Shown here in pieces: positions 45,308 to 54,957 of a DNA stretch of 64,000 nucleotides; positions within the stretch are counted from its first letter, which is position 1; each line of letters opens with the position of its first letter. The stretch is taken from positions 395 to 64,394 of the IMG/VR virus record IMGVR_UViG_3300023210_000031; one strand, 5' to 3'. Position numbers and translations under genes: made by a program. The notes under the pieces are model-generated. The model made no database searches. It saw only the letters and a program-made list of their open reading frames with translations, and was not told where the DNA came from. The DNA comes from a virus (taxonomy: Duplodnaviria; Caudoviricetes).

Positions 45308-47164
45308 TTATTTTATCTCACAGCTTCCGCCGGCACATGCTAGCTCACCTTTGAGATCAGTATTGTCTTCCGCTTCACTGATCTGAGTGAGATCAACATC
45401 CTTAAGATGCTTCATCATCTCCTCGTAGGTTTCCTCCGAACATTCCTCGAACGGCTCTTGAACATAAGAGCCTCCATCATACGGCAAGCAAGAAATCCCG
45501 TTGTAGCATCCTCGGTTGTCCCACATCCAGCGACCGACGGTTTCCCATTCGTTATCTTTGATCGATATTGTAGCAGAGATATTGTGGGTGTTTTGTCCTT
45601 TAGAATGTCCCGGCTTTATCCAATTTTTGGAAAACCACTTGATCCTTTGGAGGAGGTCGAGGGCACTCTCATCCCTCAAGGTTGCTCCTTCTGGTGCTTT
45701 CTGTGGGACTGAGATAATGGCTGTGTCGTGAGGTCGAAAATACTCATCCTCAACAAGCTCTGGATGGTTCTTTAATAGATATCCATATATTGGCTCGTTT
45801 TTTCCTACTCTTATCCGGCGAATATAATGCTGGCTATGCCAAGCATGGATCCCAGAACTACAACCAAGTGCTAGCGAAGTTGTTCCCGCTGGCTTGATGG
45901 TGGTGACCCTAGCGGCACTCTTGATTCCAATCAATGACGACACCTCTTTGTTCTTTTGCCGTGCCGCTTTTGCCGCTGCCTTTACATCCAAGTCTTGTAT
46001 CTTATTCGAAGCAATACCGGTCAGACTAATGCCCAAAAGAGCCTCTCTCTCGGTGGTTCGTTGCCATACAGATCTTAAATAATGAAAGTTGGTATATCCT
46101 GCCTGTAGGGTGCCGATAAGGGTAGCAGCACGAATCCTAGCTTCCAAGTCTTCCTGCCCCTCTACCGTTGAAGCATTAACCTCACACAAGTTACAGAACT
46201 GAAACGGTCTTAGTGCAATTTCACAGCACGGGTTGGTGCCATAATCTTTATCGTTAGAAAAGTATATCCCCGGCTCGCCCGAGTTGCTTAACTTTATCTT
46301 CTCCCACAACTGGAAAAAGAACTCTTCGTCCACCTTGTGTCGTAAAAGAACAGCACTATTGTTTGCTCTCCCTCGTTGTGGATTGAGCTCATACCAGTTG
46401 CCGTATTTGCTAGCTATCATCTCGTCATCGTCTGCAGAGAACAGGGATATCAAAGCTGCTCGACGAATACCGCCTGCCAATACGGCATCAGCAATATAGC
46501 AAACGATATCGTGAACCTCAATCGGTCGAAGTTGATCTCCGTCAGACTTTTCATTCAAGATACTTTTGATGTGTCTCAGGCAGTTTTTGAGTGGTTCTGG
46601 TCCGGGAGCCTTGCCACCACTAGTAATCAGTTGGGAGCCTTTGGGGCGAATGTCACTGAAATCGAAATCTAAGGTGGCAGTTCCTCGAAAGTAAGACTTC
46701 ATAAGAACTTTCACGGAGTCAGCCCAGCCCTCAATACTATCGCTAACTAGGTATCTCTTTACTTTGCCTGGATTTGGCTTTTTAATCTCTGGGAGATCTT
46801 CTACATGATGGGATTGTACACTATATCCTACTCCCGTGCCGCCGAGGAGGAGAAACAAGATCTCCCCAAATGCTCGCCAATCATCTACCGGCAAATAGGC
46901 ACAGTTATAGATTCGGTTAGGCGAAATCTCAATAGGCTTGCCGCTGAACTGTAGCGACCTCATAGAAGGTAGCACCTTCTTGTCGTGAACTAGTTCGTAA
47001 GCTTCTTCTATATCATCATAGAGGTGAGGGTACTTTTTCTGGTGCATTTGCTTGTTCCTAGTGACTAGCTCATCCCAAGTTTCCCTTCTCTTTTTATCCT
47101 CTAAGTACCGAGCATATTTCATGTGGACGGTAATGTTGCTCAAAATCTCACTTGCTAATTCCAT
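45308..47164 (-). CDS. nrdJ: class II (B12-dependent) ribonucleotide reductase
   Basis: NCAY, GTGVG, RRAALI, TNPCCEI, KPAGT, CAGGSCE. Confidence 0.93.
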   Translation of the reverse strand: MELASEILSNITVHMKYARYLEDKKRRETWDELVTRNKQMHQKKYPHLYDDIEEAYELVHDKKVLPSMRSLQFSGKPIEISPNRIYNCAYLPVDDWRAFGEILFLLLGGTGVGYSVQSHHVEDLPEIKKPNPGKVKRYLVSDSIEGWADSVKVLMKSYFRGTATLDFDFSDIRPKGSQLITSGGKAPGPEPLKNCLRHIKSILNEKSDGDQLRPIEVHDIVCYIADAVLAGGIRRAALISLFSADDDEMIASKYGNWYELNPQRGRANNSAVLLRHKVDEEFFFQLWEKIKLSNSGEPGIYFSNDKDYGTNPCCEIALRPFQFCNLCEVNASTVEGQEDLEARIRAATLIGTLQAGYTNFHYLRSVWQRTTEREALLGISLTGIASNKIQDLDVKAAAKAARQKNKEVSSLIGIKSAARVTTIKPAGTTSLALGCSSGIHAWHSQHYIRRIRVGKNEPIYGYLLKNHPELVEDEYFRPHDTAIISVPQKAPEGATLRDESALDLLQRIKWFSKNWIKPGHSKGQNTHNISATISIKDNEWETVGRWMWDNRGCYNGISCLPYDGGSYVQEPFEECSEETYEEMMKHLKDVDLTQISEAEDNTDLKGELACAGGSCEIK

Positions 47165-47190
47165 TTTCTCTCTCCTATTTGTTTTATTTA

Positions 47191-48546
47191 CTAATCTTCT
47201 TTTCTTGTTTCATCCCTGAGCATCTTATATACCTTCTGTGGACCCGACAAAACCTCTGCCGAGTGCTCGTCTTGTGGAAATACCTTTATCGAGACATTTC
47301 CTGGGTCCATAAAAATTGGAAACACTACACCGTCAATACCATTCCTATTTTTGGCTATATAAACCCTCCCCGTATTGTTCATCTTGTCAGCACCAGTTCT
47401 TGATACTGAGAAAATAAAATCAGCCACGAAACATTTCGAGAATGCTTCACTAATAGATTCCATTGTAATGACTTCAGCGTTTATCCCACTCCTGTTCGTT
47501 TGAGATGCTGTCCAGACGGGGCACTCGAATTCATGAGCGATTGCCCTCAACTCTTCATAAATAGTTTCGAGCTCTTCCCTTTTCTCCTTCGAGTGTGAAA
47601 TAGGCTTCAAAATGTCGCCATAGTCAACAACAATCATTCCAGGCTTGAAATCTCGGTTTCGGAGCTTCTCCAGGTGAGTCCTGAGAGTCTGGGTGGTAGC
47701 CGACTTCGTTGGGTATTCTTTGATCAAAAGCTTTCCTGGCAGTTCTTTGATCTCCTCGAATACATCCTCTTTGCTGTGGCGAAGTTCGTTGATGGGGATT
47801 CCAGTCAGGCAACTATCATATCTATTCCCGATTGTCATGTCTTGAAGTTCTAGTGTATAGTGAACAACATTTACTCCGTTCCTCAAAGCCATGGCACCCA
47901 AGTGAGCTAGCACCATACTTTTACCTACACCAGTAGGAGCTATAACGACTCCGAGTTCTCCTTTTCCCATGCCTCCGCCAGTGATTCTATCTAGTTCTCC
48001 CCAGCCAGTTGCAATTGGATGCCTGGATCTGAGTTCGTACCTTGCCTCGAAATCTTTTATGAAGTCATACCCAGTATCGTTATCGACACCTAGTTTGAGA
48101 GCATCATTGATGATCTTGCTAACTTCGTCGAAGGAAGACTTTTGCATCAGCTTCACACTTTTGAGCATAGCTTCTTGGAGCTTTTGCTTCCGACAGAAGT
48201 CAAGGGATTTATCCTGGACAAACTCTTCATCAACATTAGAGAAGTTTCCGCTGGCGATTCGGACATAGAAATCCCGAACCTGCTTTCTAACGGCTTCGTT
48301 CCCAGAGGAAGTTTCGCTCTTGAGAATGCTCTCGAATGTGTCTCTCGATGGGTGCTTCTTATACTTCTCTTTGTACAGATAAACTTTATCTACAAAATTT
48401 TGAAGATACTTTAGTTCAAAGAAGTTTATGTTAAGCACTTCGCCAATCTGTGTCGAAAAGCGAGAATCATCTAGAATCATCTTTGCTAGGGATTCTTGGA
48501 ATCCTTTTCCGAAAGAGCCAAAAGTCGAATCGTTGTCTAGTTCCAT
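47191..48546 (-). CDS. DnaB/gp41-like replicative helicase
   Basis: APTGVGKS, VVDYGD, WTASQTNR, KNRNG. Confidence 0.92.
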   Translation of the reverse strand: MELDNDSTFGSFGKGFQESLAKMILDDSRFSTQIGEVLNINFFELKYLQNFVDKVYLYKEKYKKHPSRDTFESILKSETSSGNEAVRKQVRDFYVRIASGNFSNVDEEFVQDKSLDFCRKQKLQEAMLKSVKLMQKSSFDEVSKIINDALKLGVDNDTGYDFIKDFEARYELRSRHPIATGWGELDRITGGGMGKGELGVVIAPTGVGKSMVLAHLGAMALRNGVNVVHYTLELQDMTIGNRYDSCLTGIPINELRHSKEDVFEEIKELPGKLLIKEYPTKSATTQTLRTHLEKLRNRDFKPGMIVVDYGDILKPISHSKEKREELETIYEELRAIAHEFECPVWTASQTNRSGINAEVITMESISEAFSKCFVADFIFSVSRTGADKMNNTGRVYIAKNRNGIDGVVFPIFMDPGNVSIKVFPQDEHSAEVLSGPQKVYKMLRDETRKED

Positions 48547-48592
48547 GTATTTTTCTCCCAGGTATATAGTATACCTTTTTTTCTTTCGAAAG

Positions 48593-49579
48593 TCAAGAGG
48601 TTTGTTTCTTTAGTTCATAAACAGTTCTCTGAAATAGGGCAAAGAGATTGTCGAGGTTGATTTGAGGGCAGCCGTCTTCGAACAGAAGCTTTACCATTCC
48701 CGTCTTATTAAAGAGGGGAACATACTCGTCAAATGTTTCCCTTATTTTTCTAGTTGTCTGAGTTGAGAGGGATGGTGAATAGAGCTGCATCATCTTGTAG
48801 TTGATTTTTACGATATCAATATTCTCCAAGACATCTCTATAAAACTTAACCTTTTCTTCCTCTCTCTCTTCACAATATTTCTCTATATCAGCTACCAGAT
48901 ATTCCTTGTCCTCCGACAGGAATGGGAGTCGTTTTGCCACAGTCGGAATTCCAACTCTCGGCACACCAGGAAGGTTGTCTGATTTATCCCCAGAGATTGC
49001 CCTAGCGAGGGCAAAGTTATCGGGGTGGATGCTGAATTTTTCCAAAATAGAATTCTTGTTCACAACCTCGTCCTGTATGGGACGGTATAAGACTGTCGAA
49101 TCGCCACATAGCTGGAAGAAATCCTTGTCGCTGGATACTATCACTTTGTGCCAGTCACTAAGCTGAGGGAGTTGACTCACATATGCTACGGTGTCATCTG
49201 CCTCTGTTTCTGGAAACATAAACTGGATCACAGGTGTCTCGTTTAGATATTCAAGGACTCTGACCTGCTGCCAGATGAGATTTTTTGACTCCTCATTCTC
49301 AGGCAGGTTTCTTATAAATCGATTGAGCCGGACTGGCTTCCTGCCTTCCTTGTACCCCTTGACGATGCTTCGACGTCGGCGGCTGCCGTTTTCTCCGTCC
49401 CATACAACAGATATTAGATCTGGCTTTATCGTTCTTGCTAACTTTTGTAGTCCCTGGAGGAAGCCTACTAAGCCTCCGATAGGCTGACCGTTGGAGGAGA
49501 TAGTTGGGTTCACAATATAGTGCCTAATAAAAGCATTGTGACCGTCAACTATCATTATTCTTTTCTTATTTTCGCCCAT
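48593..49579 (-). CDS. 5'-3' flap exonuclease (RNase H/PolI-N)
   Basis: VDG.N, YKEGR, EADD, SSDKDF, GDKSDN.PGV. Confidence 0.93.
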   Translation of the reverse strand: MGENKKRIMIVDGHNAFIRHYIVNPTISSNGQPIGGLVGFLQGLQKLARTIKPDLISVVWDGENGSRRRRSIVKGYKEGRKPVRLNRFIRNLPENEESKNLIWQQVRVLEYLNETPVIQFMFPETEADDTVAYVSQLPQLSDWHKVIVSSDKDFFQLCGDSTVLYRPIQDEVVNKNSILEKFSIHPDNFALARAISGDKSDNLPGVPRVGIPTVAKRLPFLSEDKEYLVADIEKYCEEREEEKVKFYRDVLENIDIVKINYKMMQLYSPSLSTQTTRKIRETFDEYVPLFNKTGMVKLLFEDGCPQINLDNLFALFQRTVYELKKQTS

Positions 49580-49754
49580 TCTCAGATTCCAATCGCTTAA
49601 GCTTCGCCCTAACAGACTGTAGCTTCTTCTTTATCTTTTCATTCTCTTCTCTCAGTAGAAATATTTCGTCAAGAAGGTTTTCTATTGCATCTATAGATAT
49701 CTTGACTGTCTCTTTGAGAGTTTCTATTTTCGTTTTTTTCATCTACGAATCGGC

Positions 49755-50363
49755 TCAAATAATTTCGTCAACTAAACCATATTTTAGACAGGTGTCAGCA
49801 TCGAACCACAAATCGTGCTTGAGAATCTCGTCAAGCTTCTTTTTTGGAATGTTAGTGTGCTTGTTATAGATCTCCCTGATGGTCTGCATCAAAATCTCAC
49901 AATTCTCCATACTGTCCTTGAGCTCTTCAAACTTGCCCCACATACCAGAAGATAGTTGATGGATGAGCATGAATGAATTCTTATGGATGTATCGCTTTTC
50001 AGCCACGACACTCATCAGTGTTGCTGCTGATGCTGCACATCCCTCTACTACCGAGTGGATCGGTGCCTTGGAAGCCATTATATAATCCACCGATGAGAGT
50101 CCAGCGAAGACAGATCCTCCGTAGGAATTGATATGTAGCCGGATTGGGGGAACTGGAATATTGTAGTTATGACCATTTGTACACATAGCATCAGATAGGG
50201 TCTGGATGTTTTTGTTTAGTGCCAGACATTCCGGTCGAGTTACTTCTGAGTAGAAATAGATCCTGTTGTTTAAGGAAGATACCTCATTCTCGTTCGAGCT
50301 GCTGTCGTCTAGGCGGATATCACAAGTGCTCCCCCAGTATTTATCTTGCTTTAACATTTTCAT
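49755..50363 (-). CDS. clpP: ClpP-like serine protease
   Basis: INSYGG, AASAA, IHQ, DLWF. Confidence 0.88.
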   Translation of the reverse strand: MKMLKQDKYWGSTCDIRLDDSSSNENEVSSLNNRIYFYSEVTRPECLALNKNIQTLSDAMCTNGHNYNIPVPPIRLHINSYGGSVFAGLSSVDYIMASKAPIHSVVEGCAASAATLMSVVAEKRYIHKNSFMLIHQLSSGMWGKFEELKDSMENCEILMQTIREIYNKHTNIPKKKLDEILKHDLWFDADTCLKYGLVDEII

Positions 50364-50365
50364 TC

Positions 50366-51490
50366 TTATACCTCTGATTCAGTTTCATCGTAAAAGTGTT
50401 GGGCATCTACATCCCTATTATCAAACTTCAGGACGACTTCTTCGTCCACAAGCCGTAAAACTCTATCTCGGAATTTTGAATCCAGCATGAATTCACCCCA
50501 TTTGGCGGCTTGGAATTTCTGTTCAGATCCATCACCATATTTGAGAGTCCACCATGGACCCGAGTTCATCAACTGGTCCGAAGACTGTATAGCCTCAAAT
50601 AAACTCTCGTCATCCCTCACCCCGATGTCTTTGCCCCACATAATCTTGAAATTACATATTCTGCCGGCTGTTCCAAATCGAGACTTTTCCAATCGAGCCT
50701 TAACTTCGTTGCCGACAATGAAACCCTTGTCGTCAGCGATGATGCTCTTCTTGCCTCGCTTGCCAGTCAGCCAAATTCTCAAACTGTAGGCATACATCAT
50801 CGACTTGCCTCCAGGAGTGGTATATTTTTCACTATCCGTCGCGTACTTCGGGTTCGCTACTTGGAGATTTGTCTTGAGCTGATTTAATACCAAAAGGGTA
50901 GACTGTGAGTTGGCTAGCGACACTATTAGTTTGGACATTCCCTTAGCCAATACACGAGCCTTGACAGCTACCGATTCGTTAGGGTTAAATGTTCCCTCTA
51001 CATCACTTACCGCTGGTGTCAAGGCGAGACTGTCCCAAATAAACAGCATCTTATCTTCCGTCGAATTCAAGAGCTCCTCAATCGTCTCCAGCACAAACTC
51101 AACAGAGCTCGCCTGGACATACAGAACTTCATCGACATTCAGACCGCTTTTGCTAAGAAAAGTAGGATCGATGGATGATTCCGAGTCGAAGTATACCACA
51201 TTGATTCCCATTTTCTGGGCATTGGCTGCTGTCTGGGCTGCCATATAGCTCTTTCCGGAGGCTTCTAATCCTGCTATCTCTGATATCTTTCCTACTGGGA
51301 TGCCAGCAGTCTTTCCTCGGCAAATGACACTATTTAGCCATGTGGAGCCTGTGGGAATCCAGTCTTTGACTTCAGTTGGATTATCTGTCGTAAGATCGTG
51401 TGCTACATTCATGCCAGCCTTTTTATTGATCTTCTTCCTAAGCTCATCGATGTTCAAAGAACCTTTTTTCTGTTTCAAACTTCTCACCAT
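50366..51490 (-). CDS. recA: RecA/UvsX recombinase
   Basis: GLEASGKS, DSE, WDSL, NQL, TPGG. Confidence 0.92.
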   Translation of the reverse strand: MVRSLKQKKGSLNIDELRKKINKKAGMNVAHDLTTDNPTEVKDWIPTGSTWLNSVICRGKTAGIPVGKISEIAGLEASGKSYMAAQTAANAQKMGINVVYFDSESSIDPTFLSKSGLNVDEVLYVQASSVEFVLETIEELLNSTEDKMLFIWDSLALTPAVSDVEGTFNPNESVAVKARVLAKGMSKLIVSLANSQSTLLVLNQLKTNLQVANPKYATDSEKYTTPGGKSMMYAYSLRIWLTGKRGKKSIIADDKGFIVGNEVKARLEKSRFGTAGRICNFKIMWGKDIGVRDDESLFEAIQSSDQLMNSGPWWTLKYGDGSEQKFQAAKWGEFMLDSKFRDRVLRLVDEEVVLKFDNRDVDAQHFYDETESEV

Positions 51491-51512
51491 AGCACAACTC
51501 CGTAAATAAAGT

Positions 51513-51544
51513 AAAAAAAGAGGCACCCGTTAACCCTGTGCCTC
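51513..51544 (-). terminator. intrinsic terminator after SSB
   Basis: GAGGCAC/GTGCCTC stem plus U-run. Confidence 0.8.
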
Positions 51545-51562
51545 CCCGTGGGTGTGTGATGT

Positions 51563-52315
51563 TTAACGAGTCATCAATTCGTCAAGGGCATTATCAACCT
51601 TGTTCACACTTTTTCCAGGATATTTTTCCACTTCACTGGAAAACTCCTCTGGATTGTCGGCTGTCAAATGAACATCCAAGAATCCTTGGACTTCGACAGT
51701 CGTCTTTTTCTCAAAGAGAGATTCAAAATCTGGTACAGTACCCAAAAGACCTTCACACTGCTCTTCGCTAATCTTATCGCTGCAAAGGCGGCTAGAACGT
51801 CGCTTTGGTGTCACCTTGGTCATAGGAAATTGACCTCCAGGTGGCTTACCGTAATGTAGATCCAGATCGATACCAGTTTCAATATCCGTAATATCCCCGT
51901 AGTCCGGATTCAGCACAAGACCCAGGAGAGTTTCATATACCGTCTTGGAAAAACCCCATAGACGGACTCCAAGCTCCTCTTCCCCTCGAACAAGGACGGG
52001 AGAGAAGAATCGAGATTTCACACCGAGCTGTCGTGCCATAGCTTTGCTCTCTTCATCGCCTTCTTGGTAAAGACCACGAACAAAACCACATACTGGGCAA
52101 TCCTCTCCAAAGTTATTCTTTGGACACAGGAAGCCGCCCTCTTTGCCGACACCATAATGGAAAGAAAAGCTCTTGAAAGGATCTCCGTCTTCAGTCGGAA
52201 CAATCCGTACAGTCTGTGAACCCTCGGAAGGTTTCCAGAACTGACTACCACCACCCTGACCTCGGTTTTTGAGGGTGCTGTACTTTTCTCTCATTTTTTT
52301 CATATCAATCGTCAT
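51563..52315 (-). CDS. gp32-like single-stranded DNA-binding protein
   Basis: FWKP, VRIVP, HY..C...CPVC Zn site, D..TG.D. Confidence 0.88.
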   Translation of the reverse strand: MTIDMKKMREKYSTLKNRGQGGGSQFWKPSEGSQTVRIVPTEDGDPFKSFSFHYGVGKEGGFLCPKNNFGEDCPVCGFVRGLYQEGDEESKAMARQLGVKSRFFSPVLVRGEEELGVRLWGFSKTVYETLLGLVLNPDYGDITDIETGIDLDLHYGKPPGGQFPMTKVTPKRRSSRLCSDKISEEQCEGLLGTVPDFESLFEKKTTVEVQGFLDVHLTADNPEEFSSEVEKYPGKSVNKVDNALDELMTR

Positions 52316-52346
52316 TTAAGACTCCTTTTACTTTTTGTTAGACACT

Positions 52347-52375
52347 ATTATATCAGATCACTTTGCTTATGTCAA
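52347..52375 (-). promoter_or_regulatory. consensus sigma70 promoter of SSB, GATC at 52356
   Basis: TTGACA-N17-TATAAT. Confidence 0.85.
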
Positions 52376-52642
52376 GTGCTTTTTCTCAAAATTTTCTTTT
52401 TCCTTTCCTTCCAGTAGTTTCACATCTACTTCTCCCAGTGCTGAGTTCCAGTTGAATGTCCGGAAAGCAGACTCGGAAACATCCCAGACGAGCTCTTGCC
52501 CTTCTGGTACTTTTCGCTGAGATGATCCATCCTTAACCTTGGAACTTAAAAAGCTGGAGGGGAGATCTTCCAGCTTTACAAAAGTCATAGTCCGAATGTC
52601 GTCGTTCTTCTTCTTAAAAGAACCTGTAAAAATTTTAACCAT
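52367..52642 (-). CDS. SH3/WYL2-like small protein
   Basis: F.KK....R.M...VWDV...AFRTF. Confidence 0.65.
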   Translation of the reverse strand: MVKIFTGSFKKKNDDIRTMTFVKLEDLPSSFLSSKVKDGSSQRKVPEGQELVWDVSESAFRTFNWNSALGEVDVKLLEGKEKENFEKKHLT

Positions 52643-53477
52643 AGTTTACTCCTTGAATTATCTTTGTTTGAGAAACAATATAGATGTAGTTCTTGTCATA
52701 TTCCGTTGAGTATACTCCAAAACCTACTTTTATGTCCTCGTCTTTTTGTGTTACTCTCTTCTTTACCCTAAAGAGGAGATCAGAATCGTTATCTACCTGT
52801 TTTTTGTTTATAGCAAAATAATAGCTCTTTTCGTTCACATTGTCAAGAGAAAAGCACATCTGATCTGCCATTTTTTCCATCTCACCGATTCCTATAGTAC
52901 AAATTCGGCAGATACCAGACTCCTTTGGGTAGCTGGATATTACTGCTTCGGTGTTTCTATAGACATTTAGCATATGAATGGTGGAAGAGACAAATTCATT
53001 GATCGTGTCTTGATATCTGCCAATCGGAATATTCCCAATGACTTTTTCGATTGCGGAATTTGAAATAAGATAGAGTCTCTCGAATAGCCCAGAGCGAGCA
53101 TATTCCTGGAATACATTAGATACCACTCTGTCGAGGTTCTTTGAATGATCGTCAGTAAGGTCTGGCTTTATGTATAGTACCTCTATCCTTCTCGGACTTA
53201 CTGCCTCCAATATTCTTAGCGATGCTGAGGAAATGTCTGTGCCGCCTGAAACCACAAAGAGAATGTCGCCATCAATCTTCTTGAGAGCATTCGTAACCCT
53301 CGCTGGAAACTTTTCCTCGTAGTCTTCTGGTGCCGATCTCTTCTTGATGGAAAAGCAGTTCTTATTATCCTTATCGGGAAGCCCTGCTCCTATCTTATAT
53401 ACTTCATACTGGGGATGCTTTCTAAACTTCTCGGCTATAGCACATCCGACTTTGCCCAAGCCAATCACATTAATCAT
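52635..53477 (-). CDS. tubulin/FtsZ-family protein (PhuZ-like)
   Basis: VIGLGKVGC.IA, degenerate SGGTDISS loop, LISN, IN. Confidence 0.7.
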   Translation of the reverse strand: MINVIGLGKVGCAIAEKFRKHPQYEVYKIGAGLPDKDNKNCFSIKKRSAPEDYEEKFPARVTNALKKIDGDILFVVSGGTDISSASLRILEAVSPRRIEVLYIKPDLTDDHSKNLDRVVSNVFQEYARSGLFERLYLISNSAIEKVIGNIPIGRYQDTINEFVSSTIHMLNVYRNTEAVISSYPKESGICRICTIGIGEMEKMADQMCFSLDNVNEKSYYFAINKKQVDNDSDLLFRVKKRVTQKDEDIKVGFGVYSTEYDKNYIYIVSQTKIIQGVNYG

Positions 53478-53784
53478 CTTCTTTCACTTCCTCTAGGATG
53501 ATTCCCTCGTAATATGCCCCAAGGTCAGCCTCTTTCTGGATTCTTTCTTCCATAAGCTCGTCGATGGTGTATCCCAGCTCAAGAGAAAGAGCATACACCA
53601 CTTCCAAGACTTCTGCCAGTGCTCCGAGAGATCGATTCTCCAAATAGCCATTTACATGCTCAAGCAATGCGTCATCAACATAATCTAAGTATTCCTCTTT
53701 CAGTGCCTCTCGGCATGAGAATACCTTCTTCTTCTTTATTAAGAGATGTGGTACTTTATCTCGAACGAGTTTATCGTATTTCAT
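53470..53784 (-). CDS. MazG-like NTP pyrophosphohydrolase
   Basis: YDKLVRD.VP, LAEVLEV, R..K...G. Confidence 0.75.
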   Translation of the reverse strand: MKYDKLVRDKVPHLLIKKKKVFSCREALKEEYLDYVDDALLEHVNGYLENRSLGALAEVLEVVYALSLELGYTIDELMEERIQKEADLGAYYEGIILEEVKEDD

Positions 53785-54956
53785 ATATCAATCCTCCTCA
53801 TGTTGCCGAAGTCTCTGCCGGCACTAACATTGACTAAAAAATCTCCAATTTTGTTCCGGGAAAAAATTTCCTTGATCTCGTATATCAAGGCTCGCTCTTC
53901 CTGTGCCAAATCCACCACAAAGCTGTCGTGGATCAAGAATACTATCTTAGATTTCTTCCCCTCTAGGATCTTGTTTATCTTCATAGCTTGATCAAGAACC
54001 AGATCGCTAGTAGTGCTCTGTAAAATATAGTTCAGGGCATGTCCGTCGTCACATTCTATTTCTCTTCCGTATGGAGTATTGATCTTACCTGAGTTGTAAT
54101 ACTTTTTTAATACCTTTTCCACCTTATAATAGTCTTGGTCAATGTTCGGATTATATATCGCAGAGAAGATCTTCTTCTTCGCTTCGGCTCTGGTCATTTC
54201 CTTTTTGAAGACATTCTCAATATTCCACTCGTGGATATCTCTTTTCGGCTGCTCTTGTCCAGATAGAGAGAGTAGTGTTCTTAGCTCGGCAGCATTGTAA
54301 TCAAACTCCACAAACAGATCGTTATTCGGTTTGACTATTTCCCTGAGAGATCGCTCAATGTTTAGAATGGGAAAGCTAGAATTTGTTACTGTTAGCCTGC
54401 CGGTAATAGTCCCGAACTGATTGTATTCTATCGAAGTCTTTCCTCTGACTCTATGGAGGAAGTTTCTAACTGCCGAATTTCCGAGCTTGCCTCGGAGGCT
54501 CGATGTATCAATCTTGAGAGTGTTTTCTTTGATTCCGGCAAATAGTTTTTCCAGCCCAAGCATGAAGTCGTATGCCTCTGGCTTGTGGAGGTTTTGATGA
54601 ACATGCTCAAGAATCTCACATTTGAGCTGGGAGATTTCTTTCATAAACCATGGCGGGACCAGATCGTATACACATACATCTTGGACTTCTATTTTACTAT
54701 TCTTGATGGCTGTTTCGAATGCCTTTCTTTTTTCCAGTGCTCCGTCCCAGTCTCTACCCAGATGCTCGGGGCACATTTCTCCCAAAGATTTGCCGCCACA
54801 ATAAAGCTTCAGATACTCTATTCCGTCTTGGTGATGAGAATGGGAGTAGTCCCATGTTACATTGTTTTTGTCGGGATCGGGGCTCGTATCGTGGATGGCG
54901 CCGTCATAGTAATATCCTAAACACTCTTCCTTCGAATCAAGAGTTATGTAAAACAA
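53781..54956 (-). CDS. minimal family-A DNA polymerase
   Basis: TITGRL, DYNAAELR (motif A), R.EAK..F..IY (B), N..LQS, IHDS (C). Confidence 0.8.
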   Translation of the reverse strand: MFYITLDSKEECLGYYYDGAIHDTSPDPDKNNVTWDYSHSHHQDGIEYLKLYCGGKSLGEMCPEHLGRDWDGALEKRKAFETAIKNSKIEVQDVCVYDLVPPWFMKEISQLKCEILEHVHQNLHKPEAYDFMLGLEKLFAGIKENTLKIDTSSLRGKLGNSAVRNFLHRVRGKTSIEYNQFGTITGRLTVTNSSFPILNIERSLREIVKPNNDLFVEFDYNAAELRTLLSLSGQEQPKRDIHEWNIENVFKKEMTRAEAKKKIFSAIYNPNIDQDYYKVEKVLKKYYNSGKINTPYGREIECDDGHALNYILQSTTSDLVLDQAMKINKILEGKKSKIVFLIHDSFVVDLAQEERALIYEIKEIFSRNKIGDFLVNVSAGRDFGNMRRIDI

Positions 54957-54957
54957 G

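Noticed and set aside
38755-47164. Inteins or introns in dnaE and nrdJ
   Set aside because: ORFs continuous, normal length, no intein C...HN or LAGLIDADG motifs seen
31333-51490. Bacterial chromosome origin (groEL, dnaE, recA, clpP)
   Set aside because: Single-strand dense gene layout, gp32-like SSB, tail module and absence of bacterial operon context indicate a phage
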